Notes: generated by a model from the letters alone, not told the origin. A stretch of DNA of 64,000 nucleotides from Gemmatimonadota bacterium (GCA_031416115.1 JANOTB010000133.1:3205-67204); one strand, 5' to 3'; positions 39,629 through 48,450 are shown, numbered from the stretch's first letter. Numbers and translations: made by a program.

Positions 39629-41166
39629 CAGGCCTCCGCGGGAACGGCGGGAGTGCGGCGCGACCTGAGGAGATCATCCGCGATCGTCGGATTCAACGTG
39701 CCGTCGGCTAACGTGACCATGGTCGGCCGGAACCAGCCGGCGTACTGCGGAGCCACGGGGTGCCGCGGCGTATAGACCGGATCGACACGATCGGTGCCGC
39801 CGATGTGCGTGCGGGGCGCGCGGGACTGGAACAGGTAGCGCGGGTTGGAGAGCCCTTGTGGAGACATGATGCTGCCTATGGTCAGCGCGGACGACAGATG
39901 CACATGCGGCTCGAGCGCGTCGAGATAGTGCCAGTGGAAGCGTGCCTGATGCGCGAGGAAGCGTCCCTTGCGACCCACGAGATTCTTGGTGGTCCGCAGG
40001 AAGGTCGCCGCCGTCTCCTCGCCGTCGAGCGCACGGAGGTTCAGCGTGGAGCCCTCGAGGTCGCGCACTTTCGTACTGGGAAGGATCAACCCGCGCCCGT
40101 GCCGGTCGGCGAAGAACGGCGTGCCCGGGAATGGCGTGGCGACGAAGATGAAGTTGGGCGCCGGGATCGTGTGGTCGTCCGCGATCGTGTCGAGCTCGCG
40201 CTCCATGTCGGCGACCCGACGTTCGGTGGGATCGAACACCAGGCCGTACTGGAAGAGGATCCCTGCCTCGAGGCAGCGGCGGATGAGCGCCTGCTGCGAC
40301 TCGCGGACGTTCTGCGGCTTGTTGATGCTGCGCAGCCACGCGGTGTCGAACGACTCCACGCCGATCAGCAGCGAGATGCAGCCCGACTCCTTCGCGCGGC
40401 GGATGTTCTCCGCGTCCCAGAGGAAGGCGTCGGTGACGAAACCCGCCCAGAACTTGAAGAGCCCGCGTTCGCGTGCGCGCTTGAGCACGTCGAGTCGCGC
40501 GGCGAAGGCATCGCGCCCCGCCCCTGCGAACTGATTGTCGGCGATGTGCAGCAGCACGCGCGGGCCCATCGCTTCGAGGTCGCGCATGAACATCGCGGCG
40601 TCGGTGCCCTTCCACGGGAGCGAATCGGCAGTGAGCGTGCAGAAACTGCATCGGAAGTTGCAGTTGCGACTCGACTCGGCGTAGCCGATCCAGCGGCCCA
40701 TCCAGGTCGCGAGGTCGTAGCGCGGCACCGGGTCCTCGGCGACGTACTGTTCACCGAAGGCCTCGCGGATGACCTCGCGGATCTCCTCGACGTCGCCGCG
40801 GCAGGCGTAGTCGAACTTCGTCGCCGCGTGCGCTGGGAGCAGCCGGACCGCAAGTCCGCCGGCGATCGTGACGACGGACGGATCGTGCGTCTTGAAATAC
40901 GCGCTCAGGTGAAGGAACCGATCGAACGCCGCGGTGAGCCCGCAGAACACGACGACTTCAGGCCACTGCAGAAGCTCCGGCGCGAAGATCTCGAGGTGGC
41001 CGTTCGCGACCTCGTTGTAGAGACGGATCTCCCACTGCTCGCGCGCGAAGTGACCCGCGAGATGCACCGGGGCCAAGGGCATGGGCATCTCGTTGGGTAA
41101 CTGCATGGGCACCCGAGTCTCGGGCCAGTAGCAGTTCACGATCAGCACGCGCTTGCGATGCGCCAT
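39628..41166 (-). CDS. B12-binding-domain-like radical SAM enzyme (class B type)
   Basis: N-terminal Rossmann-like VLIVNCYWPE...VVVFCGLTAA...VTIAGGLAV. The CNFRCSFC (CxxxCxxC) cluster is at 40639-40662. The stop shares one base with the desaturase ATG. Confidence 0.8.
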   Translation of the reverse strand: MAHRKRVLIVNCYWPETRVPMQLPNEMPMPLAPVHLAGHFAREQWEIRLYNEVANGHLEIFAPELLQWPEVVVFCGLTAAFDRFLHLSAYFKTHDPSVVTIAGGLAVRLLPAHAATKFDYACRGDVEEIREVIREAFGEQYVAEDPVPRYDLATWMGRWIGYAESSRNCNFRCSFCTLTADSLPWKGTDAAMFMRDLEAMGPRVLLHIADNQFAGAGRDAFAARLDVLKRARERGLFKFWAGFVTDAFLWDAENIRRAKESGCISLLIGVESFDTAWLRSINKPQNVRESQQALIRRCLEAGILFQYGLVFDPTERRVADMERELDTIADDHTIPAPNFIFVATPFPGTPFFADRHGRGLILPSTKVRDLEGSTLNLRALDGEETAATFLRTTKNLVGRKGRFLAHQARFHWHYLDALEPHVHLSSALTIGSIMSPQGLSNPRYLFQSRAPRTHIGGTDRVDPVYTPRHPVAPQYAGWFRPTMVTLADGTLNPTIADDLLRSRRTPAVPAEA

Positions 41167-41196
41167 CAGGACGGCTCCAGGGTGAGGAGCGTGAAG

Positions 41197-44100
41197 CTAG
41201 GGAGGACCGGTCGTGACGGATAGAGTCGCGAGGCGCGCGATCCAGGCCTCGAACTCCGCGAAGGAGAGCGCCTCGCCGCCAGGCACCGAGCGGGAGGTCT
41301 CGAGCGCGCCCTCGGCAATGTGCTGACCGAGCGCACGGTAGGCTTCGAACTGGTCCTCGTCAAAGGCCTGGTCCGCAGTCGACTGATGCGGGAAGTCGGG
41401 ATAGCGATGCCGATACTCGCGAATGACCTCACGCTCGTCGCCGGTGAAGGACGACTTGAGGTAGAGCAGGTAGCCGGTCTCGGTCGCCCCTGCCCCATCG
41501 CGGGGCGGGTAGGTGATCGTGCCGACGGTCCAGTGCGCTGCGCTCACCTGGCCAGCGTCGCGCTCCTCGGTCGAGGCGCGGAGCCGCAACGCGTCGAGGT
41601 CGAGGTCGATACCGATGCCCAAGTCGATGCTCGCATAGCGCATGAGTCGCGCGAGACCGGCGAAGTGCAGCATGGGATCGGCCTCACCGTCGCCGATGAT
41701 GATGTACTTGCAACGGCGACGGAGCAGTTCGATCCCGGCGAGGTTCTCAATGTGGCCCCCGTCGGAGAGATTCACCCAGTCGTGCGTCTCGTCGAGCCTA
41801 CTGAGCGCCTCGCGCAGCAGCGCGGCCGGGCGCACGCGCCAGCGGAAGCGCGAGCCCTGCGTGTCGCGACGACGGATCAGGTTGCTACCGACCGCGACTA
41901 TTTCGCCCTGCTTGACGTTCAGCGCATCGAACCTCGTGTACCGGTACTCTCGGGGCGCCACTCCTGCCTGCCCCGTCACACGCACGATCGACGCGCCCTC
42001 GGCCGAGGTCTCGACGTCGACCACTCCCGCGACCTCGCTCCGGCCCCGCATCGTTCGCGGTCGCAGCAATGAGCGGCCCGCCACGATCGTTTCCCCGTGC
42101 GTCACTCCGAGTGCGGCACGCTCCGTGAATCGGTACGTGCGCGGCGGCTCGCCGGCCCCTTGCGGCGTCACGGTCACGACCTGCTCGCCGAGTCGCCCGT
42201 CGGCCAACGCCGGCGTGCGCTCGATCGACACCGTTCCGGTGCTCTCGCTGCGGAGCGCCTCGCGGGCCCGCATCAAGGTGCTGATGCTCGATCCAACGTA
42301 CCCGCCTCCCGAGACCGTCGACATGTAGTCGCAGTGATCGAACACGCCGGCCTGGTGCAACGCCTGCGAGATCCCGAGATTGAGCGACGCGGAGCGGATG
42401 CCACCGCCCGAGAACGCGATGCCGACGAGTCCGTGCGCGACGGTCGGGGTCCGTTGCGCATCGGGGGCGGCCCCCAGTGCCCGCACGGGCCCGTCGGGAT
42501 ACACCTGGCTTCGCCGGCTCTCGATCTCGTGCAGTTCGTCGGCGAACACCTCGTCGAACGAGAACCCTTCGAGCCGTCGCGGGTTCGGCACCCAGAACCC
42601 CAGCCGCACATTGATGAGCGTCATGAAGGCGACGAGGAGCGGCGACGTGCCGCGACCCATGTTCGGTGCCGCGGCGGCGGCCGAGATCGCCATCGCCGTC
42701 GCAACGTCCAACTGCGGGAAGACCTGCTCCAACGTTTCGCTGCGGCAGTAGCCGGTGCGGTGTCCGCCCACATACCGCGGCGTGAAACAGAAGAAGTCAC
42801 TCTGTCGATCACGGATCCCGATGTCGGTGCTGGCCTGGAGGTTGAGCGCGACGTTGATGATGTGATAGGGCGCCGTTGAGCGCGCCTCGTAGCGGCAGAT
42901 CTCGTCGAGGGCGACGTCGTCCTCGATGCCGATGTCGCCCTTCGTGTCCCTCCCCACGAGGAAGGCCGACGCGAGCCGATCGCGGTAGAGTCCGTGGATC
43001 GAAGTGAGATTGACGTCGACCGTGATCCAACAGCCGAGCCAGATGACGACGATCAGCAGGACGATGAAGATCACCTTGGGCGGCATGAGCTGCGTGGTGA
43101 CCCGACGTTTCACCTTGGCGAGAGCGACCTGTTCGAGCCGTCCGTGGACCCCGAACATGAGTTTCGCCAAGAGCTCATCGGTGCGGAGTGGATCGTTCCG
43201 CCAGTACAGGGCCACTGCCACCATCGCCATCTCGTCAGCGCCCAACAGATAGAAAGGGTTGGTCGCGAACGCGTCCATCACGACGTCGTACTGCTTGTGC
43301 ACATCCGGTCCCGCTGAGGCGTCAGCAAGAGCGCGCTCGATCAACTGCACGCGCGCGAGCGCCGCGAGCGCTTGCGTGTCGTTGCGAAGCGCCTTGGCCG
43401 CGACGAGGTATCGGAGCCGCAGTGCGTCGGGCCAGAGCGCCGGTGCCCGGTCTCGAATGGCGCGCCGCTCGGCGTCCGTGCGATCCTCGTAGGGTTCGAT
43501 CTCCCCTCCCACGGCCGGCGGGAACGGCACAGCCGCGAGCGAGTCCAGTGGCACGCGTTCGAGCGCGAGAAAGGACTTCCACCGTGCGGAGCTCGCCCAG
43601 TCCTGCTCGATCGAATCGGCAAGCGCGCGAAGACGTCCCTCGGGCTGCTCGTAGGACTCCCCGAACGCCAGGCCCCGCAGGTAGTCGGCGTCGATCTCCG
43701 CGACGGCGTGCCCGGCGAGCTGCAGTGCGGCCGCACGGCCGATCTCGTCGTCGGTGGGCTCAGCGTTGCGAGTCGGTGGACCAGCGGCGCTCGCCACGTC
43801 CGCGCCGAACGCGGCGTTGGTGCGATGGAATAGCGCGAGTCGATGCGACGTGGACTCTTCCGGGATCTCACGCACGGCGGCGAGACGGGTCGACAGGGTC
43901 GCGAGGACGCGGGCCGTCGCGGCCGACGCGGCCGACGTGCTGTCCGGACCGACCGGGAAGCGCGGCACGGCCGCGCGGAGCAATCGGGCGCGTTCGGAGC
44001 GCGTGGGAGGCGCCAGTCCGCGCGCGAGCGCCGATGGGAAGACGAGGTCGAGGAGTTCCTGATGCGTCAGCAGCGTGGCGAGCTCGCGCGTTCCGGCGAG

Positions 44101-45744
44101 CTGCGCTCTCTTCGCGGTGCCCGGGACGTCGTCAAACTTCTTCTCCACCGCGCGCAGCAGGGCCTCCTCATCAAGCAGCACCGCGATCCCGGCGTCGTCC
44201 GACACGGTGAGCGCCCACCGCATCGCATCGCGGGCGCGCTCACGCACGCTGTCGGCGACCAATCGTCCGTAGCGCGAGCGGACCGCGAGCCGAGGGTCGC
44301 GCTTGACGTCGGGAGTCTCTGACGGGGCCTTGCGAAGCTCCAACTCGAGGTAGTGATCGAGCAGCGCGTCCGAGAGGTGCGTCGCCACTCCGTCGTGCCC
44401 TCCCACTTGACCGGCGATCTCATCGATCACGCCGACCCGCGCCAAACGGACGAGTTCCTCGCGCAACGGGTCGAGTTCAGTGGTCGGACGTCGAGAGAGC
44501 CGATACGCGAGCGACGCCAGCGGCATCTGCGACTCCAGATAGCTCGCCGCGCGCTTGGCATCGGTCTCCGCCTCGCGCAGCGGCGCGATCACGTCATACC
44601 AGCCACCTCGCATGCTGTCGGCTCTCGCCGCACGGATGCTGTCCTGCCGAAGCTCGTCCAGCCGCAGTGCGCCGCCAGCTTGATACTGTGCGTTCGCGAA
44701 CGCGCCAGCGTCCAAGAGCGTGACCACTTCGGGCGAGAGATCCTTTCGGTTCTCGATCCGCTCGAACTGCGCAGCGGTCTCCTTCATCATCCCGAGCGTC
44801 TGCTCGAGCTCCTTGTTGCCTGCGCCCGCCTCATCCATCGCGATCGAGCCCAGCCACACGACCCCCACGGCCACTCCGACGCTCACCACAACGAGCCCCG
44901 AGACCGCGGCGACCTCACGCGGCAGGAACGCACGACGTCGCACGCCGAGCACGATCGTGATGACGAGTCCGATCACGCCGGCGACCGGCACGGCCAATGG
45001 ACTGATCATCCAGAGGAACGACGGGGGAAGACCGTAGAGCAGATAGTCCGTCACCGCGACCACGACGAGCACCGGGACCAGCAGCCCGAGCACGCCGACC
45101 AGGACCATCGCGACCTGCTTGCGGACACCGCTCAGGAGCGCGAGGAGCTGACTCGCTCCGCTCAGCGCCGCGAGTCCGATCGACGCCATGGCCAGGGTGC
45201 CCGGCCAGGTCACCGACCCGAGCTGCAGGCGATCATGGAAGGACTCGAGCAGCCACGGCAGCGACTCGAGCGCGAAGATGAGGCCTGCCGCGAGCAGCAG
45301 CGCGCCGAAGGACCGTTCGTACCGGTCGCGCTGACCGACCGTGCTCTCACTGCCGGTCTCCACACTCCTGTTGTGCAGTACGACGCGCAGGATCGGCACC
45401 GACAGGGCGAACAGGAGCACCCAGACGAACGCGAAGCCGAGCACACCGAGCGTCAGATAGAACGGGTGCGAGCGCAGCCAGTGGTGGGAGTAGGCGAGAC
45501 CGATCGCCAGCGCGAGGAGATACGGAACGAAGATCAGGAAGTTGATGACCATCCCGCGTAGCAGAACGCCGGCGGCGCGGAGGTAGTCGAGCAACCCCCG
45601 CGCCGTCATGTAGTTCGAATGATTGCGGATCCACGTGAGGTACGGGGACTCCTCGGGCCCGCGACTCACGGGGAACGGGTACCGGCCCGCCTCGCTGCGC
45701 TGCGCCGTCGTGCCCGCGTCCTGCGCTCGGTCCCGCTCGATCAC
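41197..45744 (-). CDS. 1515-aa polytopic membrane protein with C-terminal rearranged patatin-like phospholipase domain
   Basis: GTG start with a GTGA overlap to the upstream gene. About 7 N-terminal TM helices and a ~600-aa Ala/Leu/Arg-rich helical region. Patatin motifs: SGGGIRS (42391-42411), TVSGG (42304-42318), SDGGHIENLAG (Asp about 41761-41763) and the FPHQSTADQAFDEDQFEAYR tail. Confidence 0.8.
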   Translation of the reverse strand: MIERDRAQDAGTTAQRSEAGRYPFPVSRGPEESPYLTWIRNHSNYMTARGLLDYLRAAGVLLRGMVINFLIFVPYLLALAIGLAYSHHWLRSHPFYLTLGVLGFAFVWVLLFALSVPILRVVLHNRSVETGSESTVGQRDRYERSFGALLLAAGLIFALESLPWLLESFHDRLQLGSVTWPGTLAMASIGLAALSGASQLLALLSGVRKQVAMVLVGVLGLLVPVLVVVAVTDYLLYGLPPSFLWMISPLAVPVAGVIGLVITIVLGVRRRAFLPREVAAVSGLVVVSVGVAVGVVWLGSIAMDEAGAGNKELEQTLGMMKETAAQFERIENRKDLSPEVVTLLDAGAFANAQYQAGGALRLDELRQDSIRAARADSMRGGWYDVIAPLREAETDAKRAASYLESQMPLASLAYRLSRRPTTELDPLREELVRLARVGVIDEIAGQVGGHDGVATHLSDALLDHYLELELRKAPSETPDVKRDPRLAVRSRYGRLVADSVRERARDAMRWALTVSDDAGIAVLLDEEALLRAVEKKFDDVPGTAKRAQLAGTRELATLLTHQELLDLVFPSALARGLAPPTRSERARLLRAAVPRFPVGPDSTSAASAATARVLATLSTRLAAVREIPEESTSHRLALFHRTNAAFGADVASAAGPPTRNAEPTDDEIGRAAALQLAGHAVAEIDADYLRGLAFGESYEQPEGRLRALADSIEQDWASSARWKSFLALERVPLDSLAAVPFPPAVGGEIEPYEDRTDAERRAIRDRAPALWPDALRLRYLVAAKALRNDTQALAALARVQLIERALADASAGPDVHKQYDVVMDAFATNPFYLLGADEMAMVAVALYWRNDPLRTDELLAKLMFGVHGRLEQVALAKVKRRVTTQLMPPKVIFIVLLIVVIWLGCWITVDVNLTSIHGLYRDRLASAFLVGRDTKGDIGIEDDVALDEICRYEARSTAPYHIINVALNLQASTDIGIRDRQSDFFCFTPRYVGGHRTGYCRSETLEQVFPQLDVATAMAISAAAAAPNMGRGTSPLLVAFMTLINVRLGFWVPNPRRLEGFSFDEVFADELHEIESRRSQVYPDGPVRALGAAPDAQRTPTVAHGLVGIAFSGGGIRSASLNLGISQALHQAGVFDHCDYMSTVSGGGYVGSSISTLMRAREALRSESTGTVSIERTPALADGRLGEQVVTVTPQGAGEPPRTYRFTERAALGVTHGETIVAGRSLLRPRTMRGRSEVAGVVDVETSAEGASIVRVTGQAGVAPREYRYTRFDALNVKQGEIVAVGSNLIRRRDTQGSRFRWRVRPAALLREALSRLDETHDWVNLSDGGHIENLAGIELLRRRCKYIIIGDGEADPMLHFAGLARLMRYASIDLGIGIDLDLDALRLRASTEERDAGQVSAAHWTVGTITYPPRDGAGATETGYLLYLKSSFTGDEREVIREYRHRYPDFPHQSTADQAFDEDQFEAYRALGQHIAEGALETSRSVPGGEALSFAEFEAWIARLATLSVTTGPP

Positions 45745-46307
45745 ACGCCGCTGGTCCCGCGCGCAGGCGCACTCTTGGCTTGCCGGACGGTGTTCCTCGT
45801 GCGGACCGCGGTCCGCTCGAGCAGGGTGCGCGTGCGGGGGTGGTCGGACTGCATCTCGACGCCGACTCCCCGACTCGCACGGATGAGCATCGGGACCGCG
45901 TGCGTCGATTCCGTTCCGCCCGCATCACTGACACCCATGCCGAGCGCTCCGACAATGACCTCCTCGAGCGTTGTTTCCGCCTCCTTCATCTCGGCCTCCA
46001 GATCCTGCAGCGAGATATCGGTCTCGGCACCGGTGTCGCCGTCGTCGCCGAAGGCATCGAGGATCAACCCTGCGAGCGTTTCGAGCTCGACATCGTCATC
46101 CTCCACCTCCTCCAGGACGTCATTGAGTTCATCCCGGAGGTCGCGCATGAGCCGAGCGTCGTCATACGTGTCGAGGTCGGACCGTACGACACTCTCGTCC
46201 GCGACCGGATCACGCGTGATGGTCGCGCGCACATCGGATCGACCGAACGCGAGCGCGGCCGCCGAGAGCGCGACCACCAGACCGACACTGCGCACCTTGC
46301 GTTGCAC
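45741..46307 (-). CDS. exported, strongly acidic hypothetical protein (first gene of the operon)
   Basis: GTG start with signal peptide VQRKVRSVGLVVALSAAALAFG. It has a D/E-rich core (EEVEDDDVELETL, DDGDTGAETD). I recognise no family. Confidence 0.55.
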   Translation of the reverse strand: MQRKVRSVGLVVALSAAALAFGRSDVRATITRDPVADESVVRSDLDTYDDARLMRDLRDELNDVLEEVEDDDVELETLAGLILDAFGDDGDTGAETDISLQDLEAEMKEAETTLEEVIVGALGMGVSDAGGTESTHAVPMLIRASRGVGVEMQSDHPRTRTLLERTAVRTRNTVRQAKSAPARGTSGV

Positions 46308-46484
46308 GACGGCACTCCGTGGACAAAGGGGGCGCTCGAGGCGCTGAGTGCGCTATCTTGCCACCGGCCCGGGCACCGCGCTAGTGCGCCGCGCCGGACT
46401 GATCGTGAAACGGCGTCGACCCGTCTTGCGAATCTCGTTGGCAGCTCCTATCATCGCGCAGCCAACAACCCCGGAGTGCACCGC

Positions 46485-46907
46485 ATGGAACAGCCCCCGA
46501 AGTGGTACTTGCCGGTCGCCATCGTCGCCCTGCTCTGGAACCTGCTCGGCTGTGCCGCCTACCTCGCCGACGTGATGCTCACCCCAGAGGACGTCGCCAA
46601 GATGACCGCGGCAGAGCAAGCGATGTACGCCGCGCGCCCCGCCTGGTCGGTCACGGCAACGGCGATCGCGGTCTGGGCCGGCGCGCTTGGCAGCCTCGGC
46701 CTGATCCTGCGCAAGCGCTGGGCGCTGCCGCTGCTCGTCGCGTCGGTGCTGGGGCTCGTCGTGCAGGATGTGTCCATCTTCGCGCTGAGCCCAGCGGAGG
46801 CGAAGCCCGAGACGGCAGCGTACGCGATCCAGGGCACGGTACTACTGATCGGTGTGGGTCTGCTGTTGCTCGCGCGAAAGGCCACCGCACAGCGATGGGT
46901 CGCGTAA
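46485..46907 (+). CDS. small 4-TM membrane protein of unknown function
   Basis: ATG 46485 gives MEQPPKWYLPVAIVALLWNLLGCAAYL. There are four hydrophobic segments. The upstream part of ORF 45780-46907 is antisense to the operon and was rejected. Confidence 0.6.
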   Translation: MEQPPKWYLPVAIVALLWNLLGCAAYLADVMLTPEDVAKMTAAEQAMYAARPAWSVTATAIAVWAGALGSLGLILRKRWALPLLVASVLGLVVQDVSIFALSPAEAKPETAAYAIQGTVLLIGVGLLLLARKATAQRWVA

Positions 46908-46908
46908 C

Positions 46909-48450
46909 ATGCGCCCACGCCTGCTCCTCCTCCTCCTCGCGCTGCCGGTAGTCGTCAGCGCGCAGCGTCCCGCACCAGCGACCGCGAACGCCACCGCACC
47001 GACCGTCCCCCGCGCGATCCGCGAGATCCGCCAAGCCGACCTCCGTCGCGATCTCTTCGCCATGGCCTCACCGGCCATGCGGGGACGTGAAGGCGGCACG
47101 CTCGACGAGATGAAAGCCTCGGTCTGGGTCGCCGAGCAGTACGCGCGCCTTGGCTTGGAGCCCGCGGGAGATGACGGCACCTGGTTCCAATGGTTCAACA
47201 TCACGCGCACGCGCGTGGCGGTGTCAGCGAGCCGCGCGACGATCGCCGGCCAGGGAGTCGCGCTCTTCGAGGAGATCATCCCGCTGGGGGTTGCGCCCGT
47301 CGAAGCCGCGGGAACGGTCCTCTGGCTCTCCGATCCGGCCGACACGACGATCGACATACGTGGACGCATCGTCGCGACCATGCTGCGCGCACCGGCACCG
47401 GGGACGATCCGCCAGTACAGCTACCCCGCCTCGGCACGCTATGCGGCGGCGGCGATCACCGGCACACTCGCGCGGCTCACGCGCCGCGGCGCGGCGGCGG
47501 TGCTGCTCGTGGCCGACTCGACGGTGGACATGGACTTCTACGCGCTGGCCCTCACACGGGCGCGCGGCGACTACGACGTGGACAACGCGACGCCACGGAG
47601 CGCAGGGGGGTCCAGTCGCGTGGCACCGGTCCCCGTGCTCGGCGCCGGGCCGTCTCCCGCGTTCGTACTGCGGGCCTCAGCGGCCGCCCTGCTTCACCTT
47701 GGCCCGGCCGCGACGCTCTCCGTTCGCCTCGAACGGTTCGAAACACCCTCAGTGAACGTCATCGGCAAGTTGCGCGGCTCCGACCCGGTGCTGCGCGACG
47801 AGTACGTGCTCTACAGCTCGCATCAGGACGCCAATGGCGTTCGGTTGCTCGTGCCCGGCGACTCGGTGCTTGCCGGCGCCGACGACAATGCCTCGGTGAG
47901 CGTCGCGCAGTTCGCCGCGGCGCGGGCGTTCGTGGCGCAGAGACCCAAGCGGTCACTGCTCTTCGTGCACCACGGCGCCGAGGAGCGCGGGCTGTTGGGC
48001 TCGCGCTACCACGCGGCGCATCCGCTGGTACCGCTGTCGCAGATCGTGACCGTACTCAATGGCGACATGATCGGCCGCAACCATCCCGACACCGCAGCCC
48101 TGCTCGGCGCACAGCCGCCGCACCGCGTCTCGAGCGAACTCGTGGCGATGGCGCTACGGGCCAACGCCGCGACCGGCCGGTTCGTGATCGACACGCTCTG
48201 GGACCGCCCGACGCACCCTGAGGGATGGTTCTTTCGCAGCGATCACCTACCGTATGCGCGACTGGGGATCCCGGCGCTGATGTACACCACGAACCTACAC
48301 GACGACTACCACACCGCAGGCGACCTCCCCGAGCGGATCGACTACGCCAAGCTCACGCGAATGGCGCAGTGGATGTACCTCACTGGGTGGTATGTGGCCA
48401 ATGCTCCCAGGCGACCGACTGTCGACGCCGGGTTCAAGCTCGAACGTTGA
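46909..48450 (+). CDS. exported M28-family aminopeptidase
   Basis: Signal MRPRLLLLLLALPVVVSAQ. Motifs GADDNASV, HGAEERGLLGS, LNGDMIG and FRSDHLPY. Confidence 0.85.
   Translation: MRPRLLLLLLALPVVVSAQRPAPATANATAPTVPRAIREIRQADLRRDLFAMASPAMRGREGGTLDEMKASVWVAEQYARLGLEPAGDDGTWFQWFNITRTRVAVSASRATIAGQGVALFEEIIPLGVAPVEAAGTVLWLSDPADTTIDIRGRIVATMLRAPAPGTIRQYSYPASARYAAAAITGTLARLTRRGAAAVLLVADSTVDMDFYALALTRARGDYDVDNATPRSAGGSSRVAPVPVLGAGPSPAFVLRASAAALLHLGPAATLSVRLERFETPSVNVIGKLRGSDPVLRDEYVLYSSHQDANGVRLLVPGDSVLAGADDNASVSVAQFAAARAFVAQRPKRSLLFVHHGAEERGLLGSRYHAAHPLVPLSQIVTVLNGDMIGRNHPDTAALLGAQPPHRVSSELVAMALRANAATGRFVIDTLWDRPTHPEGWFFRSDHLPYARLGIPALMYTTNLHDDYHTAGDLPERIDYAKLTRMAQWMYLTGWYVANAPRRPTVDAGFKLER

Noticed and set aside
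36906-46307. CBASS-like or other known anti-phage system with a patatin effector
   Set aside because: The operon or its flanks contain no CD-NTase/cyclase, SMODS, STING/SAVED, helicase, nuclease, methylase or other sensor genes. A desaturase and a class-B-like rSAM point toward lipid chemistry. I keep defence only as a minor alternative in the main finding.
45780-46484. Upstream two-thirds of plus-strand ORF 45780-46907
   Set aside because: It is antisense to the acidic-protein gene and the start of the 1515-aa gene. Only the part from ATG 46485 looks like a real (4-TM) protein.
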